The notes under the pieces were generated by a model. That model made no database searches. It saw nothing but the letters and a program-made list of their open reading frames with translations, and was not told the DNA's origin. A DNA stretch of 64,000 nt from Azolla caroliniana (taxonomy: Eukaryota; Plantae; Polypodiophyta), in contig JBHGNT010000001.1 of NCBI GenBank assembly GCA_043228905.1, positions 23,002,001 through 23,066,000 on the forward strand. Reading direction: 5' to 3'. Below are positions 36,120 through 49,240 of this stretch, in pieces (positions within the stretch are counted from its first letter, which is position 1; each line of letters starts with the position of its first letter). The translations under genes were made by a program, and so were the position numbers.

Positions 36120-39100
36120 AGCGGACTATTGAAGCATGGGGCACAAATAGTCCGAGCAATCACAAGACCCCACAAGTAAGAAGAGTGCGTGGATTGCGAG
36201 GAGAAGCAACATGTGCCACACCTAGTGGCGCATGTAAGCTAGTACTACCCGACAAGAAGGACAAGCGTCGTATACAAGAATTCGAGAAGATGCTGAAAGA
36301 AGAAAACATAATAGAAGAAGGAGAGTTCGTGACTCATATTGTGGAAGAAGCCTCATTTAATGACACCATCTGCGAAATCGAGGACGTCGTGGACTTGAGC
36401 TATCTTCGCGACCAACGTGTGATTTCGGTTAACTCCGTCAACATGTACGCTATCATCGATGAATATCGTTGTGGCATCTTGATGAAGGAAGCTGACATCA
36501 ACACGAAATATAAAACGGTGGATATGAAGATCAAACCAGTTGCAGTTCCGCTACCGGAAGATAGCTGGCAAAAGATGAAGGAAGTCGCTAATGATCCAAG
36601 CTTAAGAGATCCGAAGACGATAGGTCATGTCTTCACCAAAGAGACGAAGGGGAAGCTACGAGTTGGAAAGGAGGGGCGAATGTTTCGCAATATGCTTGAG
36701 AGACATGGGAAGGCTTTCGCATTCTTCCCACGAGAAATTGGATGTGCTGACCCAAAGGTTATAAAGCCGATGGTGGTCTTCACGGTGCCTCATGTGCCTT
36801 GGAATTTGAAACCGATACCGGTTCCGAGAGCACACCTTCCGAAGCTGATCGAGCTCTTAAAGGAGAAGGTGAGTATGGGAATTCTAGAACCGTCGAATGC
36901 TCCTTATTCCAATAGGTGGTTCACGGTGCCGAAGATATTCCGATAAAAGGATGCTGGACATCACAATGCCCTTCTTGGATGATATTCCGATAAAAGGATG
37001 TTCAGATGAGAAGAAAGATGAATCGAAAGATAAGGAAGGTTGTAGAAAGTTCGTTGCGGATAATATGAAAGATTGCGAGAAGGTGCTTCAAAGGCTCGAA
37101 GATGCGAATTTGACATTTTCGGGAGAAAAATCCGCATTCAGGCAACCAAAGATCTTGGTGGTAGGTCACTTGTGTGGGGCATACGGTCGAAAGTCTTCAC
37201 CATACAAAGTGAACGTGATCCAAGACATGAAAGAAGAATGCAAAAACCAAACGGAGGTTAGAAGATTCCTTGAAGCATGTGCATTTTATCATATCTGGAT
37301 TCTGCACTACGCTCATGTCGCCGAATCGTTGTATGGACTACTAAAGAAAAGAATGAAGTTCGAATGGCGAGACGAGCACACGAATGCGATGTGAAGATTG
37401 AAGAAGCTACTTCTTGAAGCTCCGGCATGAAGGAAGGCCGATTATGCCGAAGGAAAGCCGATTTACGTGACCATAGATATGAGCCCAACCGGAATCGGGT
37501 GGGTCATCAACCAAGAAGGAGAAGATAATGCGCGGTATGCCATCCTGTTTGGAGCAAAGTTTCTCAGCGAACGACAACAAAGATACGCCCAAGTCAAGCG
37601 GGAACTTTGGGGTATTGTGTCGGTAGTGAAAACAGACAAAGATTACCTGATTGGGTCGGAAGTGATAATAAAGACAGATTGTCTCCCAATTCTCGGAATG
37701 GTCTCGGGATGTGCGACCCCAGATCTTGCTATGCTAAGGTGGATCGCCAACATCAAGTCTTTAAACCCAGAGATCCGTCACATTGCAGGGAAGAAGAACG
37801 CCATGGCTGACATGCTATTAAGGGCAAGATTTGAAAATGGAAGTGACATGGTTTCAGAAGATGAAGATGTTGCCTTCGACTTCTTCAAGATGGCTCGATT
37901 GTCGGCGGAAGACCAGGACACGCAAATCCTCCACGCCTTCAATGAGAACGAGTATGAAGGAGAGTGGTTACTCGTCGGTAGATTCTTAAGAACATTGACG
38001 ACAAATGCTTCGTTTACAAAGGAGGAGGCCCTACGAACCCAGAAGAAAGCTTACTGATACTTCTTGAAGGGAGGATTCCTTTGGCGACATCCAAAAAGAA
38101 GGATAGGAATACCACGTCGAGTGGTGGTGAAGAAAGAAGAGCAAGAGACGTTGATGACCGAATTCCACGAGAGTGCTTGGGCAGGTCATAGAGGAACATG
38201 GGCGACGTTCGAAAAGTTGAAGGAGAAGTACTGGTGGCCAAGCATGTACAAAGATGTACTCCATTTTGTGTCCACATGCGAAACTAGACAAATATATTCA
38301 AATATACGTTATCGTGATGAGTTACAACCGACATACCCACTCACCATACACTTCAAATGGATGGTGGATCTGGTCTCGATGCCAATGGGAGTGGGACAAA
38401 TGAAGTACTTAGTGCTGGCAAGGGAAGACTTGACAAATCAAGTGGAAGGACGAGCCTTGACAAATAAGACGACTTCAGCCATTTGCAAATTTCTACTTGA
38501 AGAGGTTGTTTGCCGATACAGATGTGTGGGGAAGATAGTGGACGACCGAGGGGAGTTGGATGCGCACGAAGCAACGGAGCTCTTCGAACGACTAGGTATG
38601 AAGCTCTCCCTCACGACTGCCTACAATCCAGAAGCGAATGGGAAGACGGAGCGAGGGCATGGAACTATCGTCAAAGCCATCGTACGGGCATGCAACGGTC
38701 GAGTCGGGAATTGGCCACGACTATTACCCTATGCCTTGTGGGTCGACAGAACGACACACAACGGTGACAGGGTATATGTTGACGGAGCTTATGTATGGAC
38801 AAAAGCCGGTAATGCCCATCGAAAGGACGATCGCTTCATGGGTAGCGATACCGTGGGAGAACGAGATGAGCCGAGAAGAGTTATAAGCGGCGCGGATAAG
38901 GAAACTTGAAAGAAGACCTGAAGATCTAGAAAAAGCGTGAAAGATGATGGAAGCAGCCCGAGTAAAGAACAAAGTTCGGTTCGACAACACGCATCGACTT
39001 TGTCCCAAGAAGATCGAAGAAGGAGATTGGGTATTGGTCTACGACAACAGCCTTGACAATCAACACAGTACAATAAGGAAGTTCGCAAGAAGATGGTTCA

Positions 39101-39300
39101 GACCGTATATAGTGATAAGTGCCAACAACAATGCAACATACCACCTTGCGGAGCTAGACGGATCAAGGTTGGCCATACCCATTGCGGGAAAAAGAGTAAA
39201 AATTTTCAAGAAAAGACAAGACGAGGATCCTGACCTCGATCACCTCGACGATGAACATAATAGGGCGGATGTAAAGGAAGACATGGAGGCATCTGATTGA
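36110..39300 (+). pseudogene. pol: Element F pol (-1 frame): partial RT, RNase H, integrase
   Basis: YSNRWFTVPK, FLDDIPIKG, IDMSPTGIG, HESAWAGHRG, WMVDLV, EANGKTERGH, WFRPY. Confidence 0.9.
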
Positions 39301-40480
39301 TCACCGTAGTCGAAATCTCACTTTCTCTCTTCTTGGCACGTACCGGAGGATGTGCGGTTTGGTGGGGGTGGATGTCCTGAAGATTTTCGGCAATGGTGTG
39401 AAAATCACATAAAACATACAAAATCGAGTATGAATCACATAAAAAAGAAGAAGTGAAGATAATATTTTAAATAATTTTAATATCTAAGTACGAAAAGATG
39501 GAGGTCTTCAAGAGCTTTCGAATGCACTTTATTACACGAGAAACAAACAACTAGATGCCAAGATATGAGAGTATAAAGTTTGTGAAAGGAAAAGAGAAAA
39601 CTGTGAGATATGCCACATAGGCACGACAAATACGGCTCTCATCATATATAAGGTAGAGCAAAAGCTATTATCTTTGTGTTTATGTGTGAAGCATAGAGAT
39701 TTCAAGGTAAACTTGAACTAAGAGTGGAGGTGGCCTAGCTACTCGTAAAGGTTTTGGCCAACCAAAACCGGACCGATGATGGAGCCGGTAATCTAGCAGC
39801 AACCGGCAAAGCGACGGTGGCACACTAGCAACCGGTGATCCGACGGAGCTGGTGGAACCGACATCCGGCGGCACACCGGCATCTGGCGAACCGGGCGGAA
39901 ACCGACATCCGGCGACTAGATAAATAAATATATAAATATATATACATATACAAGGAGGGCAAGTAAGGATTCGAACCTTGCAACTCCAAGTTAGGAGTCA
40001 ATTGGCTTACCACTAAGCCAAGATATTTAGTTGAAATTATATTTCTATCATCGTACTTTTACATGTAAATTCTTATGCATGAGAGGTAAAATGAGTGACA
40101 TGGTTATCATGCACCACATGTAAATACACGAGCGCCAAATGGCAAACATGCATCATATGCATGGAGGCATCTATAAAAGGATGGATGAAAATGTATTATG
40201 GATCCATGTATGAACGAAGAAATTAATGAGAAGAAAATTCATTGATGATATATCTTGTTTCTTAAATCAAGATTTAAAATCTTAATCTTAATATCTCTCT
40301 CTTGGCCATATCAATCTTTCTCAATCTAAGTCAAGCGTTTAATCTTAATCTCTTTCTCTCTCTCAATCTATCCTAAATACTTTCTCGCTAAGCTTAGTGC
40401 GAACTTCAATCCTTCCGGTCCAGAACCCTAGCGGTTCCGCCTCGCGATCCACACCTAGTGACGGATCTTCACGACAATGG

Positions 40481-43400
40481 AGTTCGCGATGGAAGATTTG
40501 TCGTGGATGACTCGGCATGCCTTGATGAAGTGAATAGAAATGAAGAATAAGAATATGAGTGCCTTGAAGGTGTACGACGAATTCGACCAAATGTTTCGTC
40601 GTATCCTCAACACGGACCAAGTGCTGCTTGAAGAAGACAAGACTTTGTACTTCTTGAAAGCTGTGGACATGAAGGATAGACGAGAATTGGGGACTCTTCT
40701 CGAAGACGATACCCAAGCAAATGGGCTTGTGGTGGACTGGGTTGTGGTGAAGTGAGCATGCAATAGGCTCGACAAGCGTGGTTAGTGGGTTGATGACACC
40801 AACTTGGCGGGATTGACTGTTGTGGAGAAAGCAAGACAACCGAAAGTAGTTGAGCCGCCCAAACAAAGCAACCCGGAAAAAGGAAGATTGATGACGACAT
40901 CATTGAAGAACTGGCGAAGAAGTTTGAGGCGGTGAGGCTAGCCAACATGAATCGTCGGGGCCCCAATGGAAAAGAACCCTTTATATGCATGTGGTGTGTT
41001 AGCGTGGACCACATGAGAAGGGATTGTGCGAGCCTTCGAGAGGCGATTTGACAAAATATCGTATACATAGATGACAACATGATTTGCTCGACTGAAACTC
41101 GAAGACACCTACGGGTAAATTTTGGAAGAGGGGGAATGAAGAAGTCTATGGAAGATGCTGAGGCGACTCATGTGGATGCGATGCACTATGCTAGAATGGC
41201 TGGAATAAGAGTCGGGAAAGACAAAAATGAAGCTGCGAAAGTGGGAGAAAAGTTTTGGTCTTCCGCTCTCGAGTATGAGAAGATGGGGAAGGTCACATCG
41301 AACGAGGTATAGCTTGCGGACCGAAGCGTGCAAAGCATAACTGGCTGGTCGGATCCGGTGGATGACAACACCATACTTGCGGAAATGATGTGGGACAACC
41401 ATGAGGTGTTCATCGAAGAAAAGAGAAAAAGAATAGAAGAGCAAGGCCCATCAGAAAGACATGAACAAGGAACGCGAAAAAGAAAGAAGATGCAGAGACG
41501 AGTCGACCCTTGCAAATGGAGGAAGGATACACAAGCCAAAAAGTGGAGTCGAGCAAACGAGTCAAAGAAACGGTTCGGTCCATGAAGATTGGTGTCGAAG
41601 ATCCTGCTCGAAAGACAAGGAGTATGCCTACCTATAAGCTAAGGTCGGACATAGAGCAGACAACAGACCTGAAGAAGATTCTTGAGGAACGCGTTCTTGA
41701 CAGCCACATGACTTTGTCCTTGAGGGAATTACTCAGCATTACGAAGAAGGAGTTCCACGACACAATTGTGGACCTTGTAAAGCGAAAAAGGAAACAATCG
41801 AACAAAGAAGAAGAGAAGCCACTAAAAGTGAAAGCAAATGCCATAACGATGGCAAGAGACGAAGTCGATGAAGAAATGGTCGACAACCACTATACTCGAC
41901 CTCATTGGGCACGAGCGACAACGGAGACACCGGTGAAGATCGGGGAGAAGAAAGAGACCGTGGTAGCCTTGATCGACCACTGCTCAGAGATCAACCTCAT
42001 GTCAACCGACTTCTACAAAAAAGGAAGATGGCCAATCAATACAAATCACATATGGAAGATTCACACGGCAACAAAGACTACGGAAGACTTGTACAGAGCT
42101 TGTCCCAATGTTAAAGTCGCGTTCGGGGATTTCGAGATGGATCAACACTTCTTCGTGCAAGAATCAGCGTCGCATCCTGTCATCCTAGGACAACCGTATA
42201 TTACATCATCTCGGATGGAGACCAAAGTGTTCGACAATGGTGCGGCATTTGCTCGAATAAAGAGTCATGACAACCAAAGATCTGTTCAATTCCTAACGGT
42301 GCGAGCTAATCATGAAAGAAATTGAGATAGTCTTGGAGGTGAATCCTCGGATTTTTAGAGCGGACTATTGAAGCATGGACAAAGACTACTTGATCAGATT
42401 GGAAGTAATAATTGAGACATATTGTCTCCCAATCCTCGGGATGATCTCAGGATGTGCGACACCAGATCTAGCTATGGTAAGGTGGATCTCCTATATCAAG
42501 TCTTTAAATCCAGAGATCCGCCATATTGCAGGGAAGAAGAACACCATGGTTGACATGCTGTCGAGGGCAAGATTTGAGAATGAAGGTGGCATGGTTTCGG
42601 AAAATGAAGACGTCACCCTCGACTTCTTCAAGATGGCTCCACTATTGGCGGAAGACAAGGGCACGCTAACCCTCCACGCCTTCAATGAAGACGAGTACGA
42701 AGGGGAGTGGTTACTAATCGGCAGATTCCTAAGAACGATGACGACCGATGCTTTGTTGACGAAGGAGGAGGTCCTACGAATCCGGAAGAGGGAGGATTCC
42801 TTTGACGACACCCAAAAAGAAGGACAGGAATACCACGTCGAGTGGTGGTTAAGAAAGAAGAGCATGTGACGCTAATGAATGAATTCCACGAGAGTGCCTG
42901 GGTAGGTCGTGGGGGAACATGGGCGACGTTCGAGAAGTTGAAGGAGAAGTACTGGTGGCCAAGCATATACAAAGATGTGCTCCATTTCGTGTCCACATGC
43001 GAAACATGCCAAGTACATTCGAACATCTGTCATCGTGATGAGCTACGACCGACATACCCGCTCACCATACACTTCAAATGGATGGTGGATTTGGTCTCAA
43101 TGCCAATGGGAGTGGGACAAATGAAGTACTTAGCTCTGGCAAGAGAAGACTTGACAAATCAAGTGGAAGGACGGGCCTTGACAAATAAAAAGACGTCCAC
43201 TGTTTGCAAATTTCTACTCGAAGAGGTTTTCTGTCGATACGGATGTGTGGGAAAGATAGTTGCCGACTGAGGGGAGCTGGATGCACACGAAGCAACAGAG
43301 CTCTTCGAACGACTAGGTGTGAAGCTCTCCCTCACGACTGCCTACAATCCAGAAGCGAATGGGAAGATTGAGCGAATGGGCATGCAACGGTCGAGTAGGG

Positions 43401-43994
43401 AATTGTCCACGACTATTACCCTATGCCTTGTGGGCTGACAGAACGACACACAACTCGGTGACGGGGTATATGCCAATAGAGCTTATTTATGGACAAAAGT
43501 CGTTAATGCCTATCAAAAGGACGATCGCCTCATGGGTAGCGATACCATGGGAGAACAAGATGAGCCGAGAAGAGTTATTAGCGGCACAGATAAGGCAACT
43601 TGAAAGGAGAGCTGAAGATCTAGAAAAAGTGTGAAAGATGATGGAGGCAACCTGAGTGAAGAACAAAATTCGGTTCGACAAGACGCATCGACTACGTCCC
43701 AAGAAGATCGATGAAGGAGATTGGGTATTGGTCTACGACAACAACCTTGATAATCAACACAGTACAACAAGGAAGTTCGCAAGAAGATGGTTTAGACCGT
43801 ATATAGTGATAAGTGCCAACGACAATGCAACATACCACCTTGCGGAGCTAGATGGATCAAGGCTGGCCATACCCATTGCGGGGAAAAGAGTACAGATTTT
43901 CAAGAAAAGACAAGACGAGGATCCTGACCTCAATCACCTCGACAATGAAGGTAATAGGGCGGATGTGGATGAAGTTGTGGAAGAATTTGATTAA
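40481..43994 (+). pseudogene. gag-pol: Element E gag-protease remainder, then RNase H C-part and integrase (RT deleted)
   Basis: Paralogous to F 34240-36140 and 37635-39300, with a direct jump at about 42378. Confidence 0.9.
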
Positions 43995-45171
43995 TCACCG
44001 TCGCCGAAATCTTGCACTCTCTCTTCTTGGCATGTACTGGAGGACATGCGGTTTGGTGGGGGTGGATGTCGTGAAGATTTTTGGCGATAGTGTGAAACTT
44101 GTAAGGAACATACGAAATTGAGCGTGGTTCTTCTCACGAAATATAAAACAATAATAGTAAAGATACTATTTTAAACAAGTTTAATATCTTGGTACAAAAA
44201 GATGGAGGTCTTGAAGAGCTTCTGAATGTACTCTACTATGTAGGAAATGGACATCTAAGTGTCAAGTTATGTGGGTATGAACTTTGCAAAGAAGAAGAGA
44301 AAAATATGTGATATCCAACATAGACAGGGAAAATAAGGAACACACCATATATAAGGCAGACCAAAAGCTATTAAGTTTGTGTCTATGTGTGGAGCATAGA
44401 AAGGTTAAGTTGTATGACTTAACGAATGGATGTAACCAAATGCACATAACTATGTGTTTTGGAGGAGTCTGGCGACGGCGACTGACGGCGATCGACAATG
44501 TCCGACGAGATCCGACGACGACCGGACGGAGAAATGCCTTGTAAAAATACATTAATAATATATATATATATATCTGTGTGTGTGTGTGTGTGTATATATA
44601 TTCAAAAGGAGTGCAAGTGAAGACTTGATCCTTGCACCTCCACATTGAGAGTTTATAGACGTACCACTAGGCCATGTCATTTCTTTAGAAATGTTTTCCC
44701 TATCATTATACTTTTACATGTAAATTCTCATATTAGAGCTTAATTGAGTGAGATGTGATGCATGAGCACCAAATGGCAAACATGCATCACATGCATTCCA
44801 TGCATTGTATGCATGTCTTGTACCCTCACATGCATCATATGCATGGGTGCGTGTATAAAAGGATGGATGAAAAGGATCAAAGGGATGTGATGTATGATTC
44901 AAGAATTTAAGAAGAAGAAAGATTCGTTCTCCAATTGATGATATATCTTGTCTCTTGAATCTAAAGTTAAAAGTTCGATCTTATCTCTCTTGTTCTCTAT
45001 CTCTTATCTCTCTTGCTCTCTATCTCTCTCCCGCCATCTCAATCTCTCTCCCTCAAACTATTTTAAATCCTTTCTCGCTAAAGCTAGTGGGTGCTTCGAG
45101 TCCTTCCGGTCCAGAACCTCGGCGGTTCCGCCTCATGATCCGCACATAGAGACGGATCTTCATGACACCAT

Positions 45172-46314
45172 GACAGTCTATTTGTCTTGATTTTATCAGA
45201 AATCTGCCGGTCTCGAAGGGTTTCGATGCTATCTTAACCATTGTTGATTGATATACTAAGATGACACATTTTGTGCCCTGTATTAAGACCATCACTAGTG
45301 AGGAAACCGCCGCCCTTGTCATGCGTGAGGTATTTCGGCACCATGGCCTCCTAGACAGTATCATTAGTGACCGAGGACCTCAATTCGTCTCCAAATTTTG
45401 GAAGCATCTTTTCAAGATGCTCATGGTCTCTTGTAACCTCTCCTCTGGCTACCATAACCAGACCGATGGGTAGGCGAAACGAACAAATCAAACGCTGGAA
45501 CAATACCTCTGATGTTTTCTGAGTTATCAGCAGGACGATTGGGCTGATATTCTCCACTTTGCGGAGTTTGCTTATAATAACGCTATTCACTCCTCAGCTC
45601 GGGTCTCCCCATTTTACGCTTATAGGGTTTAGGGTTTAGGGGTTTAGGGTTTAGGGTTTAGGGTTTAGGGTTTATACTGGTTCTCATCCTCACTAGTCTA
45701 GGATCGACACCCCGGAGCTACCTACCAATCCTCGTGCCGAGGATCATTTGGAGAGACTACGCAAGATCCAGATGGATCTCTGTACTCATCTTTGTCATGC
45801 TCAACACACACAGAAGAGTTATGCGGATTGTCATCGGCTTCCCTCCTCTTAAACCATCGGAGATCGAGTATGGCTCTTATGTCGTCACATCAAGACTACT
45901 CTACCGTGCGACAAGTTAGATTATCGACGACTCGGTCCTTTCCATATTACTGGTAAGGTTAATGATGTCACATTCCGCCTTGATCTTCCTCCGCATCTTC
46001 AGATACATCCGGTCTTCCATGGTTCTCTTCTTGAACCTTATAAAGCAAACACTATTCCCGATTGTGTTACACCATCGCCGCCCCCACTTGAGTTAGATGC
46101 CGGCCCGGAGTATGAACTTATTGCCATCCTCGACTCTAAATGTGTTCACAACATACTTTATTTGGTGGATTGGCTTGGCTATAGTCCGAGCGAACGTACT
46201 TGGGAACCCGTCGAGCATGTCGCCAATGCTCAGGATCTTCTTGCTGATTTCCACCGATAGTATCCGAACAAACCCGGTCCTCAATCAGCGCCGACTCGTT
46301 ACACTCGTCTTCTT
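45172..46314 (+). pseudogene. pol: Element D integrase core, GPF motif and chromodomain
   Basis: IISDRGPQF, HNQTDG, LGPFHI, HPVFHGSLL, PEYELIAILDS...YLVDWLGYSPSERTWEPVEHV. Confidence 0.88.
45625..45674 (+). repeat. Interstitial telomeric repeat (TTTAGGG) x7
   Basis: Seven GGGTTTA units (one with an extra G), with TTATA at both junctions. Confidence 0.95.
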
Positions 46315-46327
46315 AAGGGGGGGATAG

Positions 46328-46779
46328 TGTCATGATATGGCAAGACTCGAACCCATGACCTTATGTTATATGGGTCGAGCTCTTGACGATTATACCATCT
46401 ATTGTAATACGTAGGATATTATTTTCATTTAAGTTTTATTATAGGAAATTAATGTATATTCCAGATTTCTCTAGAACATTCTAGAAGCTTCAGGACTCCT
46501 CTTGAGAACACTATAAAAGGAGGCACAAGGCATTATGTTGAACCAAATTGGTTCAACGCCAGTCTTAAGCCTCATAGCCATCTTGTACTTACTCTTCCTA
46601 TAATATATCATCTGTTATAATCATCTCTCTCTCTCTCGTCCTCACTCACTCTCTCTCTCTCTCTCTCCTCTTCTCTCTCCTCTCTCTCGGGAGTCTTACG
46701 CAGTCCCGTCTTCTTAGTACTAATAGTACTTCCCTTCTCCAGTACTAATTCTCTCTCAGTTTTAGTACTATTCCTGACA
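46328..46779 (+). repeat. Element D 3' LTR
   Basis: Direct repeat of 26877-27314. Confidence 0.92.
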
Positions 46780-47312
46780 ATAGCTAATTAGCTAAGTGGT
46801 AGCTAATTAGCTATGACCATAGTTTAGTACAATAGCTAATTAGCTACCACTTAGCTAATTAGCTACTACTATAGTTTAGTACAATAGTTAATTAGCAAAG
46901 TGGTAGCTAATTAGCTACTACCATACTTTAGCTGAGTAGCTAATTAGCTAAGTGGTAGCTAATTAGCTTAGTATAATAGCTAATTAGTTAAGTGGTAGCT
47001 AATTAGCTACTACCATACTTTAGTTATAGTGGCTAATTAGCTACTACCATACTTTAGGTGAGTCGCTAATTAGCTAACTGGTAGCTAATTAGCTACTACC
47101 ATACTTTAATTGAGTAGCTAATTAGCTAAGTGGTAGCTAATTAGCTACTACCATAGTTTAGTACAATAGCTATTCTAGTTGGGGATTAGCAATTCTGGTT
47201 GCTAATTAGCTATAGTCATAAGCAACTAATTAGCTATTGTGGTAGCTAAATAGCTATGAATAGTAGCTAATTAGCTATTTGGGTATGGTCATATTCGGAG
47301 GTAGCTAATAAG
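46780..47312. repeat. TAGCTAATTAGCTA palindrome minisatellite (right part)
   Basis: Roughly 20 copies of AGCTAATTAGCT and variants, continuous with 26131-26876. Confidence 0.9.
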
Positions 47313-47364
47313 CGAACTAACTAAGCTCAAAAGTCAAAACAAATGTTGAGATAAATGTAAATAC

Positions 47365-48128
47365 GTGAGGTACATCAAGAAGATGAATGGGATGCTCCTC
47401 GTATTGATTCCTTCCAACACGTTTCCTGCATAAATCATTCTTATTGGGTGAAACCCTATTCTCATTAGTCCAAAATATTGTGATTTTATCCTTGATTTCT
47501 GATGTTATGGGTGTCATTGGCTTAGATCTTGTTGTTAGCTTTAGCAGACTAGTTCCTTCACCTGAGGAAACTATCCAGTTCAATGTATTGTAAAAACTTT
47601 TTTTACTAACACCAATTATCTTAGATAGTACACTGATGTCAATATCATCAACATAAGTATTAAGTAACATCATTAGACTAGACCTTTTTAAGACAAGATC
47701 ATCTTCTGACATGCTCATGGATACGAAACTATTACAAAGATTATTTACTAGTACAGATGTTATGTTTGCATTAAGACCATCACAATCAACTAACTCCTTT
47801 ATCGATGGATCATTTAATATTCCATAAAGTACTACCTTCTTGTCTTCATTGCTGATGTGCTTGGTTTGAACATTGAAATAGTCTACAACCTTTCTCTCTA
47901 TGATAGTAGTCTCATTACTTCCATTCTCAATAATATTTAGTATTATATTACAACCAATACTATCTTTACCTTTAGTAAGGCTTTTGTATCCTTCAACAAT
48001 TGACGATGTTTTTTTTTTTTTTTTTTTTCTGCCCAATACTTTCGTATCGCTTGTTGTGTCTTGATAGCGTCATCCCTATCCTGATGATCATTGAGGGGTA
48101 ATTCTAAACACCCTCCTTCCCCTTCCAT
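47365..48128 (-). pseudogene. Putative transposase N-terminal exon, frameshifted in the poly-T at 48009-48028
   Basis: ORF 47943..48128 joins ORF 47317..48036. It has an HTH-like ISVLSKIIGVSKKSFY and the motif FWTNENRVSPNKNDLCRKRVG...EEHPIHLL, reminiscent of Sola2-like transposase N-termini (tentative). Candidate donor GT at 47364. Confidence 0.45.
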
Positions 48129-48289
48129 TTGGCTTGATGGGTTTAAACCCTAATTTTCCCCCAAAAAGGACACGTATTAAAGATGGCTATGGGAAACAAT
48201 AATACACAAAAATATTTCGCAATACACAAGATTATACATAACAATACACAAGATAATCAATAGACAGAATAACTTTTCAAATCCAAGAC

Positions 48290-49240
48290 TGAACAGTGGT
48301 GGTAATCCAAGGCCGAATAGTGGCGGCAACTGAGTGTAGAATGGTGGCAGTGGAGGAGTGACGACAATTGAGAGTAGAATGACAATAGTGGAGAAGGAGT
48401 GAACTCCTTCGGATCGAAAAGTGGCAGCAATACGTGACCGAACAGTAGTGGCAACTGAGTGTAGAATGATGGCAATGCCTGAGTGAACTCTGTCAAATCG
48501 AAAAGTGGCAGCAATCCAGGACCGAACAGTAGCGGCAACTGAATGTAGAATGATGGCAATGGAGGAGTGAACCGAGTCAGATCGAAAAGTGACAGATGAT
48601 GCTTGGAACACACAATGACAACAATTGAGAGTACAATGGCGGTAGTGGAGGAGTGAACTCCCTTAGATCGAAAAGTGGCAGCAATACACGACCAAACAGT
48701 AGCAACAACTAAGTGTAGAATGATGGCAATGGATGAGTGAACTCTGTCAAATCGAAAAGTGGCAGCAATCCAGGACCGAATAGTAGCGGCAATTGAGTGT
48801 AGAATGATGGCAATGGAGGAGTGAACTCCTTCAGATCAAACAGTGGCAGATGATGCTTGGAATACACAGTGACGACAACTGAGAGTAGAATGGCGGAAAT
48901 GGAGAAGGAGTTAACTCCGTCGGATTGAAAAGTGGCAGCAATATACGACCTTCACAGTAGCGGCAACTGAGTGTAGAATGGTGATAATGGAGGAGTGAAC
49001 TTGGCAGATGATGCTTGGACTGAACAATGGTGGCAACTAAGTGTAGAATGGCGGCAATGGAGGAGTGAACTCTGTCAGATCGAACAGTGGCAAATGATAC
49101 TTGGAACACACAATGGTGGCAACTGAGTGTAGAATGGCGGCAATGAAGGAGTGAACTCCGTCAGATCGAACAGTGGTAGATGATAGTTGGAACACAGTGC
49201 CGGTAACTGAGTGTAGAATGGCGGCAATGGAGGAATGGAC
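48290..49240. repeat. Tandem array with a unit of about 85 bp and a 3-unit higher-order period of about 254 bp
   Basis: GCAACTGAGTGTAGAATGGCGGCAATGGAGGAGTGAACTC recurs every 83-87 bp; variant motifs recur every 254 bp or so. Confidence 0.85.

Larger units (their letters stand above)
32513..40476 (+). mobile_element. Element F: tRNA-Trp-primed gypsy (Phygy-like) inserted in gag of the related element E
   Basis: LTRs 32810-33856 and 39373-40476, degenerate 4-bp TSD GCGG/ATGG (removal restores ILAEF in E gag), PBS 33865-33882, PPT-like tract before 39373. Confidence 0.9.
30988..45167 (+). mobile_element. Element E: tRNA-Trp-primed gypsy (Phygy-like) lacking RT, inserted in the integrase of D
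   Basis: LTRs 30988-32122 and 44067-45167 (TGTCGTGAAG...CATGACA), 4-bp TSD CCGT/CCAT, PBS 32131-32148, PPT-like GGTGGGGGTGGA before 44067. Confidence 0.9.
26877..46779 (+). mobile_element. Element D: Ty3/gypsy chromovirus (Tcn1/Tf1-like, self-priming), degenerate; contains E and F
   Basis: LTRs 26877-27314 and 46328-46779 (TGTCATG...CCTGACA), TSD ATAGT/ATAGC, PPT AAGGGGGGGATAG at 46315-46327, C-terminal chromodomain. Confidence 0.92.

Noticed and set aside
39955-40025. Functional tRNA gene
   Set aside because: A/B boxes and arms are present, but there is no acceptor stem or canonical anticodon loop; reported as a tRNA-like module instead.
45625-45674. True chromosome end or fusion site
   Set aside because: Only 50 bp in a single orientation, with integrase sequence continuing colinearly on both sides.
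46780-49240. CRISPR-like arrays
   Set aside because: Eukaryotic context, no unique spacers and no cas genes; these are tandem repeats.
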